Assembly (NCBI GenBank): GCA_002269645.1
Contig: NIVC01003080.1
Span: 1 to 64,000, forward strand
Direction: 5' to 3'
DNA length: 64,000 nt
Origin: Macrostomum lignano
Lineage: Eukaryota
Part shown: positions 51,190-64,000 of the stretch, piece after piece
How the letters are laid out: each line of letters opens with the position of its first letter
Position numbering within the stretch: the stretch's first letter is position 1
Made by a program: the position numbers and the translations under genes
The notes under the pieces: model-generated
The model's input: only the letters and a program-made list of their open reading frames with translations
Databases searched by the model: none
Told to the model about the DNA's origin: nothing

Positions 51190-53187
51190 CACTGACATCT
51201 GATACTGCGGCCTGATTGGTGCATTTGTTGTTGAGTGTGGACTAACATTAACAACTGAATATTATTGTGCTGCATTTTGTTGAAAATCTACTTTTTACAT
51301 TGTTGTCTTGCCTGTACAATTTTGCTCAAATATTTATTAGTGTGCTCTTGCAATGACGATAGTAAAACGACTACTGTAAATGTGAAATGAGCCAAATCAA
51401 CCGAGTTATAAAGGTTATCTGATTTTTTTAATTTTACAATTGCACTTCGCAAAAGAGCGGCTGTGCATAGTCAAACAAACAAAAAAACGAAAGCAGTGAA
51501 TGAATAGGAAAATGCAGTTTTTTTTAATTTTTATGACCCGATCGAACTTCCCGTAAGCAAACGTACTCTCGGTTGATTATATTCTGCAACCCTTTATCGC
51601 AGGTAACTTGAACGCCAGTAGATCTTGAAAGCCCCCATTCACATCGCTTTCGAACAATCATCCTCACAGTGACGCATGGCACTCTCTTCGAGTCTAAGCA
51701 GGTGTCATGTTGGAAGGTCGCTGCTCAGGAACAGTTTTGCTCAAGTAGGATGGCGCGTTTTGATGCTCCAGTAAGGATATCAAGTAGTTTGGAAAGATTC
51801 TGGGTAACGGCATCAGAAGTCAATTGCATCGATTTTCCAGCCGCTTTGGTTGTCCATCATCTGCATTTGCATACTCGGAGCCCCCCCACGACTATTTGGA
51901 GTCCCGAGAATTGTTACAAATAGCCTTTCTAAAAATATAGTGAGGAGATCCGGTAGTTGTGCTTTGGATCACTACGCAACTTCTCCAACTCTGCTGCTGT
52001 CCACTTTCGGGGAATTGCAGAGATCATTTTTCCATAATCTCCGGCTGTGCAGATGGATGGAGGAAATTAATTTAAGGTATATGTGTAATTGCCGTATCAC
52101 CTATTAGTGCCAATAACTCTAGAAAAGATATTGAGCTTCAGTGTCGTCCTTGAAAAGCAAAGCCGTTTTTAATAGAAAAAATCTTGAACGAGATAGCCAA
52201 TCTCATAAATGCGTCTGCATCAGTAATCTTTTTTTAAATTAATAATGACAACCTCATTTCTTCCGGCTTGCAACTTTTAACTGCCGAGCTTAAAACAAGT
52301 ATTTTCAAATTGAAAAGATAATCGTTGTACAGTACGCAAAAGTAATCAAACAGAACAGTTTATTAATTAAACTATCGAAAAATTTGTTTTTCACCGCACT
52401 AAGCAACAAGTAAAATTTGCTAAGCTGACGAGTGTAATGGATTTGAAATCTTCAAAAAAATGCATGAATTCTCCGAAAACTTAGAGAGTCCTCCTAGTAA
52501 TAAGGTATTTTTTAAAACTTACCACTAATCTACTCCCAGAGCTGGATTAATTTTTTCATAGGCCCCTAGTAAAAAGCTGTAAATTAAATCGGAATTTAGC
52601 ACCTATGCCTAGCCCATGGACGCCTATTTAGATGCTTATAAAGGGTGTCCAGTCAATTTATCTGCTGCCAATTTGTTTGTTTTTCAGACGTCAGAATGTC
52701 AGAATTGTGTACTGCCGGAACAAAATTTGGCTCCTTAGCTTCTGTACACAAATGTACACCAATGGACTTATATTGCACACAAAAACAAAAAATGACGACC
52801 CAAATTTTAAGCATGTTAACTTTTAATCTTTGCAGAAATGTGTTCATAAAAACTAGTTAGGCCTAGTCCATCATAGTTACACTATAGTTTGGATTATGTA
52901 TTAGTGTAGGTAGGCTTATGCCAGGTCTAATGCTGGAAAAAGTAATAAGACCTCATTTGTACTCTAGGACTAAAATATATCATTGACACTATTTCTGCTG
53001 TGTATATACTAATATACTAGGATGTATGCTGAAAAATGGCAAGTACCCTTGTTTTATACTAGGAAATCCTGGTATACATATCACCTTCCAAACTATAATA
53101 GGACTTAGTTACATAAATTGGCTTGTATGCTTACTTACCTTGCACTACTGCTATACTATATCAATTGTTACATACTATATGCTACTA

Positions 53188-53440
53188 CACCTTTTCACTT
53201 TCAATTTTGATCAAAGTCCAGTTCTTAAAAAACTAGCAGAAATTCAATTTAGACAACTTAGACTGGGCCTAGGGCAACACTTATTGAAAATCAATAAAAA
53301 CAAACCCCAGTTCAAAACATTCTGCCATCGAAGCAAGGTTTAGCCATAGACAAAATTGTCTCTAGTTTGCATTGTCTAAATTGAATTTCCACTAGTTCTT
53401 TTAAAACTGGACTTTGATCAAAATTGAATATGAAAAGGTA
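53188..53440. mobile_element. MITE with TIRs of about 70 bp flanked by TA (Tc1/mariner-like)
   Basis: CACCTTTTCACTTTCAATTTTGATCAAAGTCCAG... mirrored by ...CTGGACTTTGATCAAAATTGAATATGAAAAGGTA; TA on both sides. Confidence 0.6.
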
Positions 53441-55011
53441 TACTAGCACTAGGTGCAAATCTATATTAGACATTGTCACCATTTGTGATAATGGCCATTG
53501 GCTTGGCTACAAAAAGACAAATAATAAATTAAAAATTTAAAGGAAAGTTTATTATGCAAAAACTAAAGTTGCTTTTATTTTAACTTTTTCTATATATTCT
53601 TTAAAAAAAGATTTTTTGAACTACAGAAGCATTTTTCTATAATTTTTATTCTTTGTTTTACTTTTATTTTCTTTTTAAATTGCAAAAGCCTACTTTTTTA
53701 TTTCATTTTTGTTTTTGTTTAAATTTAAAAAAATCTTTGATTAAAATTAACTTGCTTTTTATTTTATATGCCAAACCTAAACCAATTTTAGTGAACTTGG
53801 CAACTTCCGACTTTTAAACTTGGTTAAAAAAAATCTAAATGTTAAGATTCTCAATAAGGGACAAAATATGCTTGAATTTTGTAATGCCTGATACTATGGA
53901 GTATAAATAACCTTAAACCATAATAAATGTCATTCAAAATATATGCCAAAACAAGAAATAGTTAATAAAAAGTTAAAGCTAATATATCCCAATAGAAACA
54001 TTAGTCAAATTTTATATCAACTTTAATTAATCTACTAGTTGTTAACCCAATTTATGCTTAAGCTTTTAATGTATCTTATATTATCATTTTTCTAATGTTG
54101 GATTAATTTTGGCTTATAAAATAAGCTTAAACATAATATTTGGGTTAATACAATTTAAGAAAATATTTTATTCTATTGGGCTAGCAATTTTCTAGGATTT
54201 TAGCAAGATCCATGCAAGTATAAATTAAATTTATTATCATTATAATTTTATTTTTATCAATTTACTTTCAAAAGGATTTCATTATAAATCAGTATATTTT
54301 TGCATTTCTCAATGTACTGGCATATACTCTTAGATTGTTTCATAATTTTTATATGCTAGTATTTTCTTATATTGTTGGCACCAAATTGAAATCATTAAAA
54401 TTGGTCATCATTTTAATATTAGTGATAAATGATAGCTTTTTATAGCAATAAAATAATCTTTCAACCAAGAATCATCTTGGGACAACTTAATTATTCTATT
54501 AGTACTATCAAAAGACAGATTTAAACTATATTAGTAGTAGTATAATGAGAAATATCTGGAGATAAGACCAATGGGGGTTAGCATCCCCTGTCTCTTTGGA
54601 TTTATAGAGGACCAAGCATATTTACCTCCCATATCAGCCTTTACCCTAACCCTATTCTCAATTGCCTATGCCCCTAAGCTATGTTTGTGATTGTTTGCAA
54701 TTTTAGAGGTTGCATTTGCATGTTATAGTGTATAAGATTTATGGGTTATATTGAATTTCTTAGGCCTAATTTGTAGAATGACTATTTGAAGTTTACTTAC
54801 CAGTAGACTGGAACATTTTCTATATAACATTTGAAATTATTCTTTGATGATAAGCTGTAAGTGTATATTCTAAACATCTACCTCTTCTCTTGGAACCAAA
54901 ACCAGTAATAGTCATGCATTAAATTGCATGTTGCCAGACCTTTGCTTTTGCCTGCATTGCAAAATAAGTATTAAATAGCAATAGGTCTAAAATCAGTGCA
55001 ACACAGCAGCA

Positions 55012-58000
55012 ATGGGCAACACACTGCCTGTGGACATGTGCACAACATTCGATGTTGAGGAGCTGAAGCGCCTCGGCAAGCGATTCAAGAAGCTGGACTT
55101 GGATGGCTCCGGCAGCCTGTCAGTTGACGAGTTCATGTCCCTGCCGGAGCTGCAGCAGAACCCGCTGGTGCAACGAGTCATTGAAATATTTGACACCGAT
55201 CACAATGGAGAGGTGCGCTATGGCTATTTGCGGCATATACTATTGCTATATACTACTGTTGAATAATTAACTTCATTAAGGCATATCAAATTTGGATGAC
55301 AGGCAAAATTTTCATTCTATCCTCCACACACATTTAGTAACAAAATCTATCAAGTTATTTAAGCGCTTTCATCGTTACACTAAAATTAGAAAACGTGCAC
55401 ACAGCTTCACAAACTGGATACTTCACAAGCTAGACACTTTACAAACTAGATACTTCACAAGCTAGACACTTTACAAACTAGATACTTCACAAGCTAGACA
55501 CTTTACAAACTAGATACTTCACAAGCTAGACACTTTACAAACTAGATACTTCACAAGCTAGACACTTTACAAACTAAATACTTCACAAGCTAGACACTTT
55601 ACAAACTAGATACCTCACAAACTAGATACTTCACAAACTAGATACCTCACAAACTAGATACCTCACAAACTAAATACCTCACAAACTAGATACTTCACAA
55701 GCTAGACACTTTACAAACTAGACACTTTACAAACTAAATACTTCACAAGCTAGACACTTTACAAACTAGATACTTCACAAGCTAGACACTTTACAAACTA
55801 AATACTTCACAAGCTAGACACTTTACAAACTAGATACCTCACAAACTAGATACTTCACAAACTAGATACCTCACAAACTAGATACCTCACAAACTAGATA
55901 CCTCACAAACTAGATACTTCACAAGCTAGACACTTCACAAGCTAGACACTTTACAAACTAAATACTTCACAAGCTAGACACTTTACAAACTAGATACTTC
56001 ACAAGCTAGACACTTTACAAACTAGATACTTCACAAGCTAGACACTTTACAAACTAGATACTTCACAAGCTAGACACTTTACAAACTAGATACTTCACAA
56101 GCTAGACACTTTACAAACTAGATACTTCACAAGCTAGACACTTTACAAACTAGATACCTCACAAACTAGATACTTCACAAACTAGATACCTCACAAACTA
56201 GATACCTCACAAACTAGATACCTCACAAACTAGATACTTCACAAGCTAGACACTTTACAAACTAGACACTTTACAAGCTAGACACTTTACAAACTAGACA
56301 CTTCACAAGCTAGACACTTTACAAACTAGATACTTCACAAGCTAGACACTTTACAAGCTAGATACTTCACAAGCTAGATACTTCACAAGCTAGACACTTT
56401 ACAAACTAGATACTTCACAAGCTAGACACTTTACAAACTAGATACTTCACAAGCTAGATACCTCACAAACTAGATACCTCACAAACTAGATACTTCACAA
56501 ACTAGATACTTCACAAGCTAGACACTTTACAAACTAGACACTTCACAAGCTAGACACTTTACAAACTAGATACTTCACAAGCTAGACACTTTACAAGCTA
56601 GATACTTCACAAGCTAGACACTTTACAAACTAGACACTTTACAAACTAGACACTTTACAAACTAGACACTTCACAAGCTAGACACTTAACAAACTAGATA
56701 CTTCACAAACTAGACACTTTACAAACTAGATACTTCACAAACTAGATACTCCACAAACTAGATACCTCACAGACTAGATACTTCACTCACAAACTAGATA
56801 CTTCACAAACTAGATACCTCACAAACTAGATACCTCACAAACTAGATACTTCACAAGCTAGACACTTTACAAACTAGATACCTCAAAAACTAGACACTTT
56901 ACAAACTAGACACTTTACAAACTATATACCTCAAAAACTAGACACTTCACAAACTAGACACTTCACAAACTAGACACTTCACAAACTAGACACTTCACAA
57001 GCTAGACACTTAACAAACTAGATACTTCACAAACTAGACACTTTACAAACTAGATACTTCACAAACTAGATACTCCACAAACTAGATACCTCACAGACTA
57101 GATACTTCACTCACAAACTAGATACTTCACAAACTAGATACCTCACAAACTAGATACCTCACAAACTAGATACCTCACAAACTAGATACTTCACAAGCTA
57201 GACACTTTACAAACTAGATACCTCAAAAACTAGACACTTTACAAACTAGACACTTTACAAACTAGATACCTCAAAAACTAGACACTTCACAAACTAGACA
57301 CTTCACAAACTAGACACTTCACAAACTAGACACTTTACAAACTAGACACTTTACAAACTAGATACCTCAAAAACTAGACACTTCACAAACTAGACACTTC
57401 ACAAACTAGACACTTTACAAACTAGACACTTTACAAACTAGATGCCTCAAAAACTAGACACTTCACAAACTAGACACTTCACAAACTAGACACTTCACAA
57501 ACTAGACACTTCACAAACTAGATACTCGTACTTCAAAGCGTGTAAACAGCTATTTGCAAAATTACTAGTTTTGTGTAAACTGCTGCTAAAGAAGTCTTCT
57601 AGGAAATGAGATTTCTAGACTTGTTAAATTTCTTGCTATTTAACTGCTAGCTGTTGTAAGAAAATCTTAGCTGTTTTGTAGGATCACCACAGAAAGTCCT
57701 ATTTTGCCTGTTGTATACAGTCTGACCTACTCTGATCTAGCAGTTACTACCCGAATTTCACAGGTTGACTTCAAAGAGTTCATTGACGGCGTGTCGCAGT
57801 TCTCCGTGCGCGGCAATAAAGAGGCCAAGTTGCGTTTCGCTTTCAAGATCTACGATATCGACAATGATGGCTACATTAGCAATGGGGAGCTCTTCACGGT
57901 GAGGCTTTTGGGTTCACGATGAGGGTTGAGAATCACTGTGATGGTTTTTAGATTCACAATGAGCGTCGGAAATCACTGTGATGGTTTTTAGATTCACAAT

Positions 58001-59199
58001 GAGCGTCGGGAATCACTGTGATGGTTTTAGATTCACAATGAGGGTTGCGAATCACTGTGATGGTTTTTAGATTCACAATGAGCGTCGGGAATCACTGTGA
58101 TGGTTTTTAGATTCACAATGAGCGTCGGGAATCACTGTGATGGTTTTAGATTCACAATGAGGGTTGCGAATCACTGTGATGGTTTTTAGATTCACAATGA
58201 GCGTCGGAAATCACTGTGATGGTTTTTAGATTCACAATGAGCGTCGGGAATCACTGTGATGGTTTTTAGATTCACAATGAGCGTCGGAAATCACTTTGAT
58301 GGTTTTAGAATCACAATGAGCGTCGGGAATCACTGTGATGGTTTTAGAATCACAATGAGCGTCGGGAATCACTGTGATGGTTTTAGGCTCACAATAAGGG
58401 TCGGGAATCACTGTGATGGTTTTAGAATCACAATGAGCGTCGGGAATCACTGTGATGGTTTTAGATTCACAATGAGCGTCGGGAATCACTGATGGTTTTA
58501 GGCTCACAATAAGGGTCGGGAATCACTGATGGTTTTAGGTTCACAATAAGGGTCGGGAATCACTGATGGTTTTAGGTTCACAATAAGGGTCGGGAATCAC
58601 TGATGGTTTTAGGTTCACAATAAGGGTCGGGAATCACTGATGGTTTTAGGTTCACAATAAGGGTCGGGAATCACTGTGATGGTTTTAGATTCACAATGAG
58701 CGTCGGGAATCACTGTGATGGTTTTAGATTCACAATGAGCGTCGGGAATCACTGTGATGGTTTTAGATTCACAATGAGCGTCGGAAATTACTGTGATGGT
58801 TTTAGATTCACGATGAGCGTCGGAAATTACTGTGATGGTTTTAGATTCACAATGAGCGTCGGGAATCACTGTGATGGTTTTAGATTCACAATGAGGGTTG
58901 CGAAGCACTGTGATGGTTTTAGAATCACAATGGGGGTTAAAATCGCTATTGTTTCCACTCTAATGATGAAGCTGATGTCACCTGACAACTCTAAAGCAGA
59001 ACTCCTCATGCAAACCGCTATCTGGCAGGTGCTGAAGATGATGGTGGGAAACAACCTGAAGGACGCTCAGTTGCAGCAGATAGTTGACAAAACTATCATC
59101 TTCGCTGACAAGGACGGAGACGGCCGAATCTCGTTCGAAGAGTTTTGCGAAGTTGTGAGCGGCCTGGAGATCCACAAGAAGATGGTTGTGGATATCTGA
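55012..59199 (+). CDS. PPP3R1: Calcineurin B regulatory subunit (exons 55012-55212, 57764-57898, 59029-59199; 168 aa)
   Basis: MGN myristoylation start; [101 protein letters not shown]; four EF hands; all introns phase 0 GT-AG. Confidence 0.97.
55420..57525. repeat. 17-bp minisatellite (CTTCACAAACTAGATAC variants)
   Basis: Fills calcineurin B intron 1. Confidence 0.95.
57915..58935. repeat. Minisatellite, about 39-41 bp (GAATCACTGTGATGGTTTTAGATTCACAATGAGCGTCGG)
   Basis: Fills calcineurin B intron 2. Confidence 0.95.
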
Positions 59200-61039
59200 C
59201 CTAATCTGTGTGTTCATTTTTTAAGGCCTTAAATTGTTGGAGAAGCTAGGTTTAAAGACGCTAAAATAAATAATGTCTTTTCCTGCTACTTAAAGCTTTT
59301 GTAAGTAGTTTAGATTGGACATTGTTGTCCTATTATGCTTTTGGGCAGGAATAAAAAAAACTAAAAAAAGTTTTTGTAAAGCGCAGAGCTGTAATGGGGC
59401 TTCTTAAAATACAATTAATCTCATTATTGGGGCGTTTCATGAGTTATTTAGTGTAAAAAAGCAAAACTGTGTTTCTACAAGAATATGTAAATCAATGGTC
59501 TCATTCCTGTTTTTGTTGTGTTTGTCATTTTTTCTTGTTCCCTTTTCTGTTTTGTGCTTTTGTTTCCTTTGTTTCAGTATATTTTACAATTGAAATAATA
59601 ATTCTATACAATTTTGACCATTCTTTAACTGAAAGAGAACATACTAGTACATACTAAATAATAATATCGTGTGCATTGATATAAAGTGCACTCAGAACAG
59701 GAGACCCTCCGGGTGCTATCGACTCTGGCACAAGATTATATTCATAATTAGTTAAAAATCCAGCAAGTTTTTTCTATTTATATCTGTTGCGTCATCATCA
59801 ATGTCTATTAATAGCCTACAGCTGAATGTTTTATTGTATTTATATTGAATTGTTGTTATTATTATTATTATTAATTATGATTATTGTTACTATTGTTAAT
59901 TATTTATTTATCACGGACAATCCTGCTTTTGTCTTGTCCTGCTTCTTCCTTTTTTATATAATTTACTAAATAACTAATAATTGAAATAATACAGTAACTA
60001 ATTCTTCTCACAATCTTACTCGTGTTATTAAAAATATTATTCTATCATAACGTGGCTTACATTCTATACATTTTGTGCGATCTGCGCTAAAGCCATAACC
60101 TATCCAACAGACTGTACACTGATTTATACATATTATATAGCCTAATTAATATCTTCATTATTTCTTTCCTTAATTTTTTTACAAGCAAACTGTTAAACAA
60201 CAATTCCACTTATATATACCTACGAGTATATGGCTGCGCGTTGACTTTGGGCACGCATTTTTCCTCTCTGTCTGTCTGTCCTTAATCTTTCTATCTCTTT
60301 ATTATAGCATATATAATAGAGACAAGCGAAACTGTGTTTTTGTCTACTCCAATATCGATATACTACTTGCAGTATGCAAGCCGAATTTACAGCAAAATAT
60401 ACACTGCCAGATGGAGAATGAGAATTGGTGTGCTTTTAACAGCGCCGGGCAGTTGGTTTTTCTATGTCTACTTAATCTATTAAATCTATTGACGCTTTCT
60501 CGCGAGTAATTCGATTTGGAAATCATTGATTGATTGATTGATTGATATTTGATTTACATCCTGATTTTCTGATTTAGTAGAACTATCAGAACCGTGTGTG
60601 TGCAGGTGTGTGAAATTTAAAGGCACTGACTAACTTACTATTCGGTCTTTCAACTGCAAAGATTTGAAAGGAGAGAGACATCTTTAAATGCTGAAGAATG
60701 ATCAATGCGAATGTTTGGTTTTTATTTTAGTGTGCTTTCAATTTAGTTACAAATTACTGGTATTTGATTTAGCGCAATCCGCTCAAACTGTAATTTGGAT
60801 TTTACCATAGACAAATTCCTGCGAGACAATCGTGCTTTTTTATAGCTGACCATGATTTTGCACTTGGAAAGGAGGGGTGGAGTAGGCGACTGAGGCAAGC
60901 TTGAAGAGCCAATCAGAAGGCAGCGAGAGAGAGAGATAAGACAAACTAGATTGAACTAGATTGCAAGAAATCGGCGAGAATTTTTTTTAACTTGAGGGCT
61001 AGATAAAGCATAGAATCTAGCGACTGCGGGCCAGAGAAT

Positions 61040-61985
61040 GGAGAGAGGACAGATGAGAGCTAGGAGAGGGGAGAGGAGAGAAAAGATTAGCAATGAGAGG
61101 AGAGTGGAGATAAGGGCAGAGAGGAGAGTGGAGATGAGGGAAGAGAGGAGAGTGGAGATGAGGGAAGAGAGGAGAGTGGAGATGAGGGAAGAGAGGAGAG
61201 TGGAGATAAGGGCAGAGAGGAGAGTGGAGATGAGGGAAGAGAGGAGAGTGGAGATGAGGGAAGAGAGGAGAGTGGAGATGAGGGAAGAGAGGAGAGTGGA
61301 GATAAGGGCAGAGAGGAGAGTGGAGATGAGGGAAGAGAGGAGAGTGGAGATGAGGGAAGAGAGGAGAGTGGAGATGAGGGAAGAGAGGAGAGTGGAGATG
61401 AGGGAAGAGAGGAGAGTGGAGATAAGGGCAGAGAGGAGAGTGGAGATAAGGGCAGAGAGGAGAGTGGAGATAAGGGCAGAGAGGAGAGTGGAGATGAGGG
61501 CAGAGAGGAGAGTGGAGATAAGGGCAGAGAGGAGAGTGGAGATAAGGGCAGAGAGGAGAGTGGAGATGAGGGAAGAGAGGAGAGTGGAGATGAGGGAAGA
61601 GAGGAGAGTGGAGATGAGGGAAGAGAGGAGAGTGGAGATAAGGGCAGAGAGGAGAGTGGAGATGAGGGAAGAGAGGAGAGTGGAGATAAGGGAAGAGAGG
61701 AGAGTGGAGATGAGGGAAGAGAGGAGAGTGGAGATGAGGGAAGAGAGGAGAGTGAAGATGGGGGAGAGGGGGAAAGACAGAAGAGTGGTGATAGAGGAGA
61801 AAGGAGAGTCAACATGAGGGAGAGAGAGGAGATGGAGAGAAGGGGAAGAGAGACGAGGGGCGATGATAGAAGAGAGAGTGGAGATGAGAGAAAAAAGTGG
61901 AGAGGAGGGAGAGAGGAGAGTGGGAGAGAAAAGAGAGGAGAGTGGAGATGTGGGAAGAGATGAGAGAGGAGAAAAGAGAGCTGAG
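61040..61985. repeat. Purine-rich 24-bp repeat (GAGAGGAGAGTGGAGATGAGGGAA)
   Basis: Directly visible; source of spurious ORFs on both strands. Confidence 0.95.
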
Positions 61986-62458
61986 AGGCGACACACATTG
62001 AGCGGGCCGGATTGCTATTGTGAAGTTTGAAAGGGCCCGAGAGCCGGATACACATAAAAAAGGCTTCGCGGGCCGGAGTTCGCCGATCCCTGAACTAGAC
62101 AGAGGGAGCGGACGGAGGGCAGATGAACTGAAGAACTGATTAAAGGAATTCGCGGCACCGACTATCAGTGTATTTGTTTGTGTATAAGTATTTTTTAAAC
62201 CTTCTGATGGTGTCGTGTCCCAATGTTCCTTATCCTGAACCATGTCTGATTGATCAACCCCTGGCTAATGTAGAAACGCATTGATTCAAACGAAAGATGT
62301 ACTGCTCATGTGTATTCTAGCATGCACATGTACAATCTCGCTTACATGCAATAAGTAATTAATGTTTCCGATCAATTAGCTGCTAGCTACGTTCGCCAAT
62401 AAAAAAGTGCATGTACAAACTTTTAAAGGCCGGCTTTGTCAGCCATTTTCAGCCCGTC

Positions 62459-64000
62459 ATGCAGCCGCAGCGTCCGCAGGCGTCGGCCTACCGGGAGACC
62501 GACTCGCTGGGCCACCTGCTCCGCCGGCTGCCCGGCCACTTTCGGCTCACCGCGATGGCGGCCACCGGCGACCGCCTCCTCCTCGGCACCGAGGCCGGCG
62601 TCGCGTTCCTCATCGACCGGCGCGATGTCGACGCCAAGGCGACACCGGTGGCGTCTGCGCCGTCCCGATGCAGCACCGCCGCGATGCGGGCAACCGTCAT
62701 TGCGGCTGGCTTTGATGACGCCAGCGCCGTCATCCTGACGGAGTCGTCGTCGCCAAATGGCACGGCCGCGGCCGCCGGCCTCTGCGACAGCTGCGGCGCC
62801 GGCTGCGACGGCGCTTGTCGTCGTCTGGCCTTTTGGCTTGAGCCGCAGCAGCAGCAACAGCAGCAGCCCGAAGCTGCAGGCGCCGCAGCCGCCGCCGCTG
62901 CAGGTCACCGCGCCGCCGTCACGGCGCGCTGTTGTTGCCGACGACTGCGGCAGCGTCTACTTTGGCGACGCCGGCGGCACCGTGTCTCGGACTGTGCTGC
63001 AATTCGACGGCGAAGTCGGCGGCTGCGAGTGCCTCAGCGCGGTGTTCCTGGAGGAGCTGAGCCCCGTGGTCCAGCTGGACCACCGGCGGGGCCGCCTGCT
63101 CGTGGCCAACCGCCTCGGCGCCGCAGTCTACACCGAGGACGCCGCCTGCGTCTGGCTTGTGGGCTCCCGGCAGCGAGCAGTGAGTATATCTACATGCAGT
63201 ATATCCGTAACACACAAATAAACACAATATCATGCGTAACACAATAAACGCATGCTAACGCCTACTCATCTGAGTCCGAATCTACTCATCTGATTCCGAA
63301 TCTACTCATCTGATTCCGAATCTACTCATCTGATTCCGAATCTACTCATATCTGAGTCCAAATCTATACTTATATCTGAGTCCAATCTACTCATATCTGA
63401 TTCCGAATCTACTCATATCTGAGTCAAAATCTACTCGTATCTGAATCTGAATCTACTCATATCTGAGTCCAAATCTATACTTATATCTGAGTCCAATCTA
63501 CTCATATCTGAGTCCGAATCTACTCATATCTGAGTCAAAATCTACTCGTATCTGAATCCGAATCTACTCATATCTGAGTCCAAATCTATACTCATATCTG
63601 AGTCCAATCTACTCATATCTGAGTCCAATCTACTCATATATGAGTCTAAATCTATTTGCATCTGAGTCCAAATCTACTCATGTATGAGTCTGAAACTACT
63701 CACATTTGAATTGAAATCGACTTATCTGAGTCCAAATCTACTCATCTTAGCCCATGAGCTTCCCATATCTCAGTTTATCATCTGCGTATACATGTCTCAG
63801 CCTTCAAGCCGCTCCTCCTTCCGCCTTTGAACTCCTGCAGGCGCACCAAACCGTTGGACTTGGCGCCTGCTTCCTGCCGCCGGCGGCCCCCTCGGTGACG
63901 CAGCCGGACCTGCTGGCCATGAGACCCCGGCGCCGCCTGTGGCTAGCAGACGCCTGCGGCCGGGTGCGGCACACACTCCACCTTGGCGGTGCCGACGCCC
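62459..64000 (+). CDS. TECPR2: TECPR2/HPS5-like WD40 protein, 5' part (exon to 63179, next exon from 63841; frameshift near 62927)
   Basis: HRAAVTA..VYFGDAGG..FLEELSPVVQLD..LLVA..YTE...VGSRQR|..GACFLP..RP..RLWLADACGRV matches the TECPR2 N-terminal propeller as recalled. HPS5 is the alternative. Confidence 0.7.
63260..63750. repeat. Minisatellite (ATCTACTCATATCTGAGTCCAA, about 21-24 bp)
   Basis: Fills the TECPR2-like intron. Confidence 0.9.

Noticed and set aside
60956-62055. Long L/S- and E/R-rich ORFs on both strands
   Set aside because: Products of a 24-bp purine/pyrimidine repeat.

Overview
Animal (metazoan) genomic DNA, not prokaryotic. GC-rich spliced exons are separated by introns packed with minisatellites, a style that suggests a flatworm such as Macrostomum (inference only). 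Host genes: a THSD7A/B-like TSP1-repeat membrane protein (<85-16123, +), a two-exon TENT5/FAM46 non-canonical poly(A) polymerase (38247-17742, -), a C2H2 zinc-finger gene (49275-51189, +), calcineurin B (55012-59199, +) and the 5' part of a TECPR2/HPS5-like WD40 gene (62459->64000, +). The main object is a complete 15,654-bp Polinton/Maverick-type endogenous virus (adintovirus-like) at 19953-35606. It has AGTAG...CTACT termini, long imperfect TIRs and a perfect 6-bp TSD (CTGACA), and it sits in a 23-bp minisatellite inside the single TENT5 intron. It encodes an integrase, protein-primed PolB, adenain-like protease, packaging ATPase, major and minor capsid proteins, a parvovirus-type PLA2 protein, an adenovirus pX-like protein missed by the ORF track, several core-like and orphan ORFs, and a duplicated hairpin block just inside the left TIR. 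Nearly all its frameshifts are 1-2 base losses, mostly in homopolymers, and the same lesions break host exons. They may therefore be assembly errors, and the virus may be intact. Also present: an internally deleted RNase H-bearing LINE, a CORE-like tRNA SINE, MITEs, a decayed hAT transposase and about 20 tandem-repeat arrays. All family assignments come from motif recognition by eye; no database search was run.
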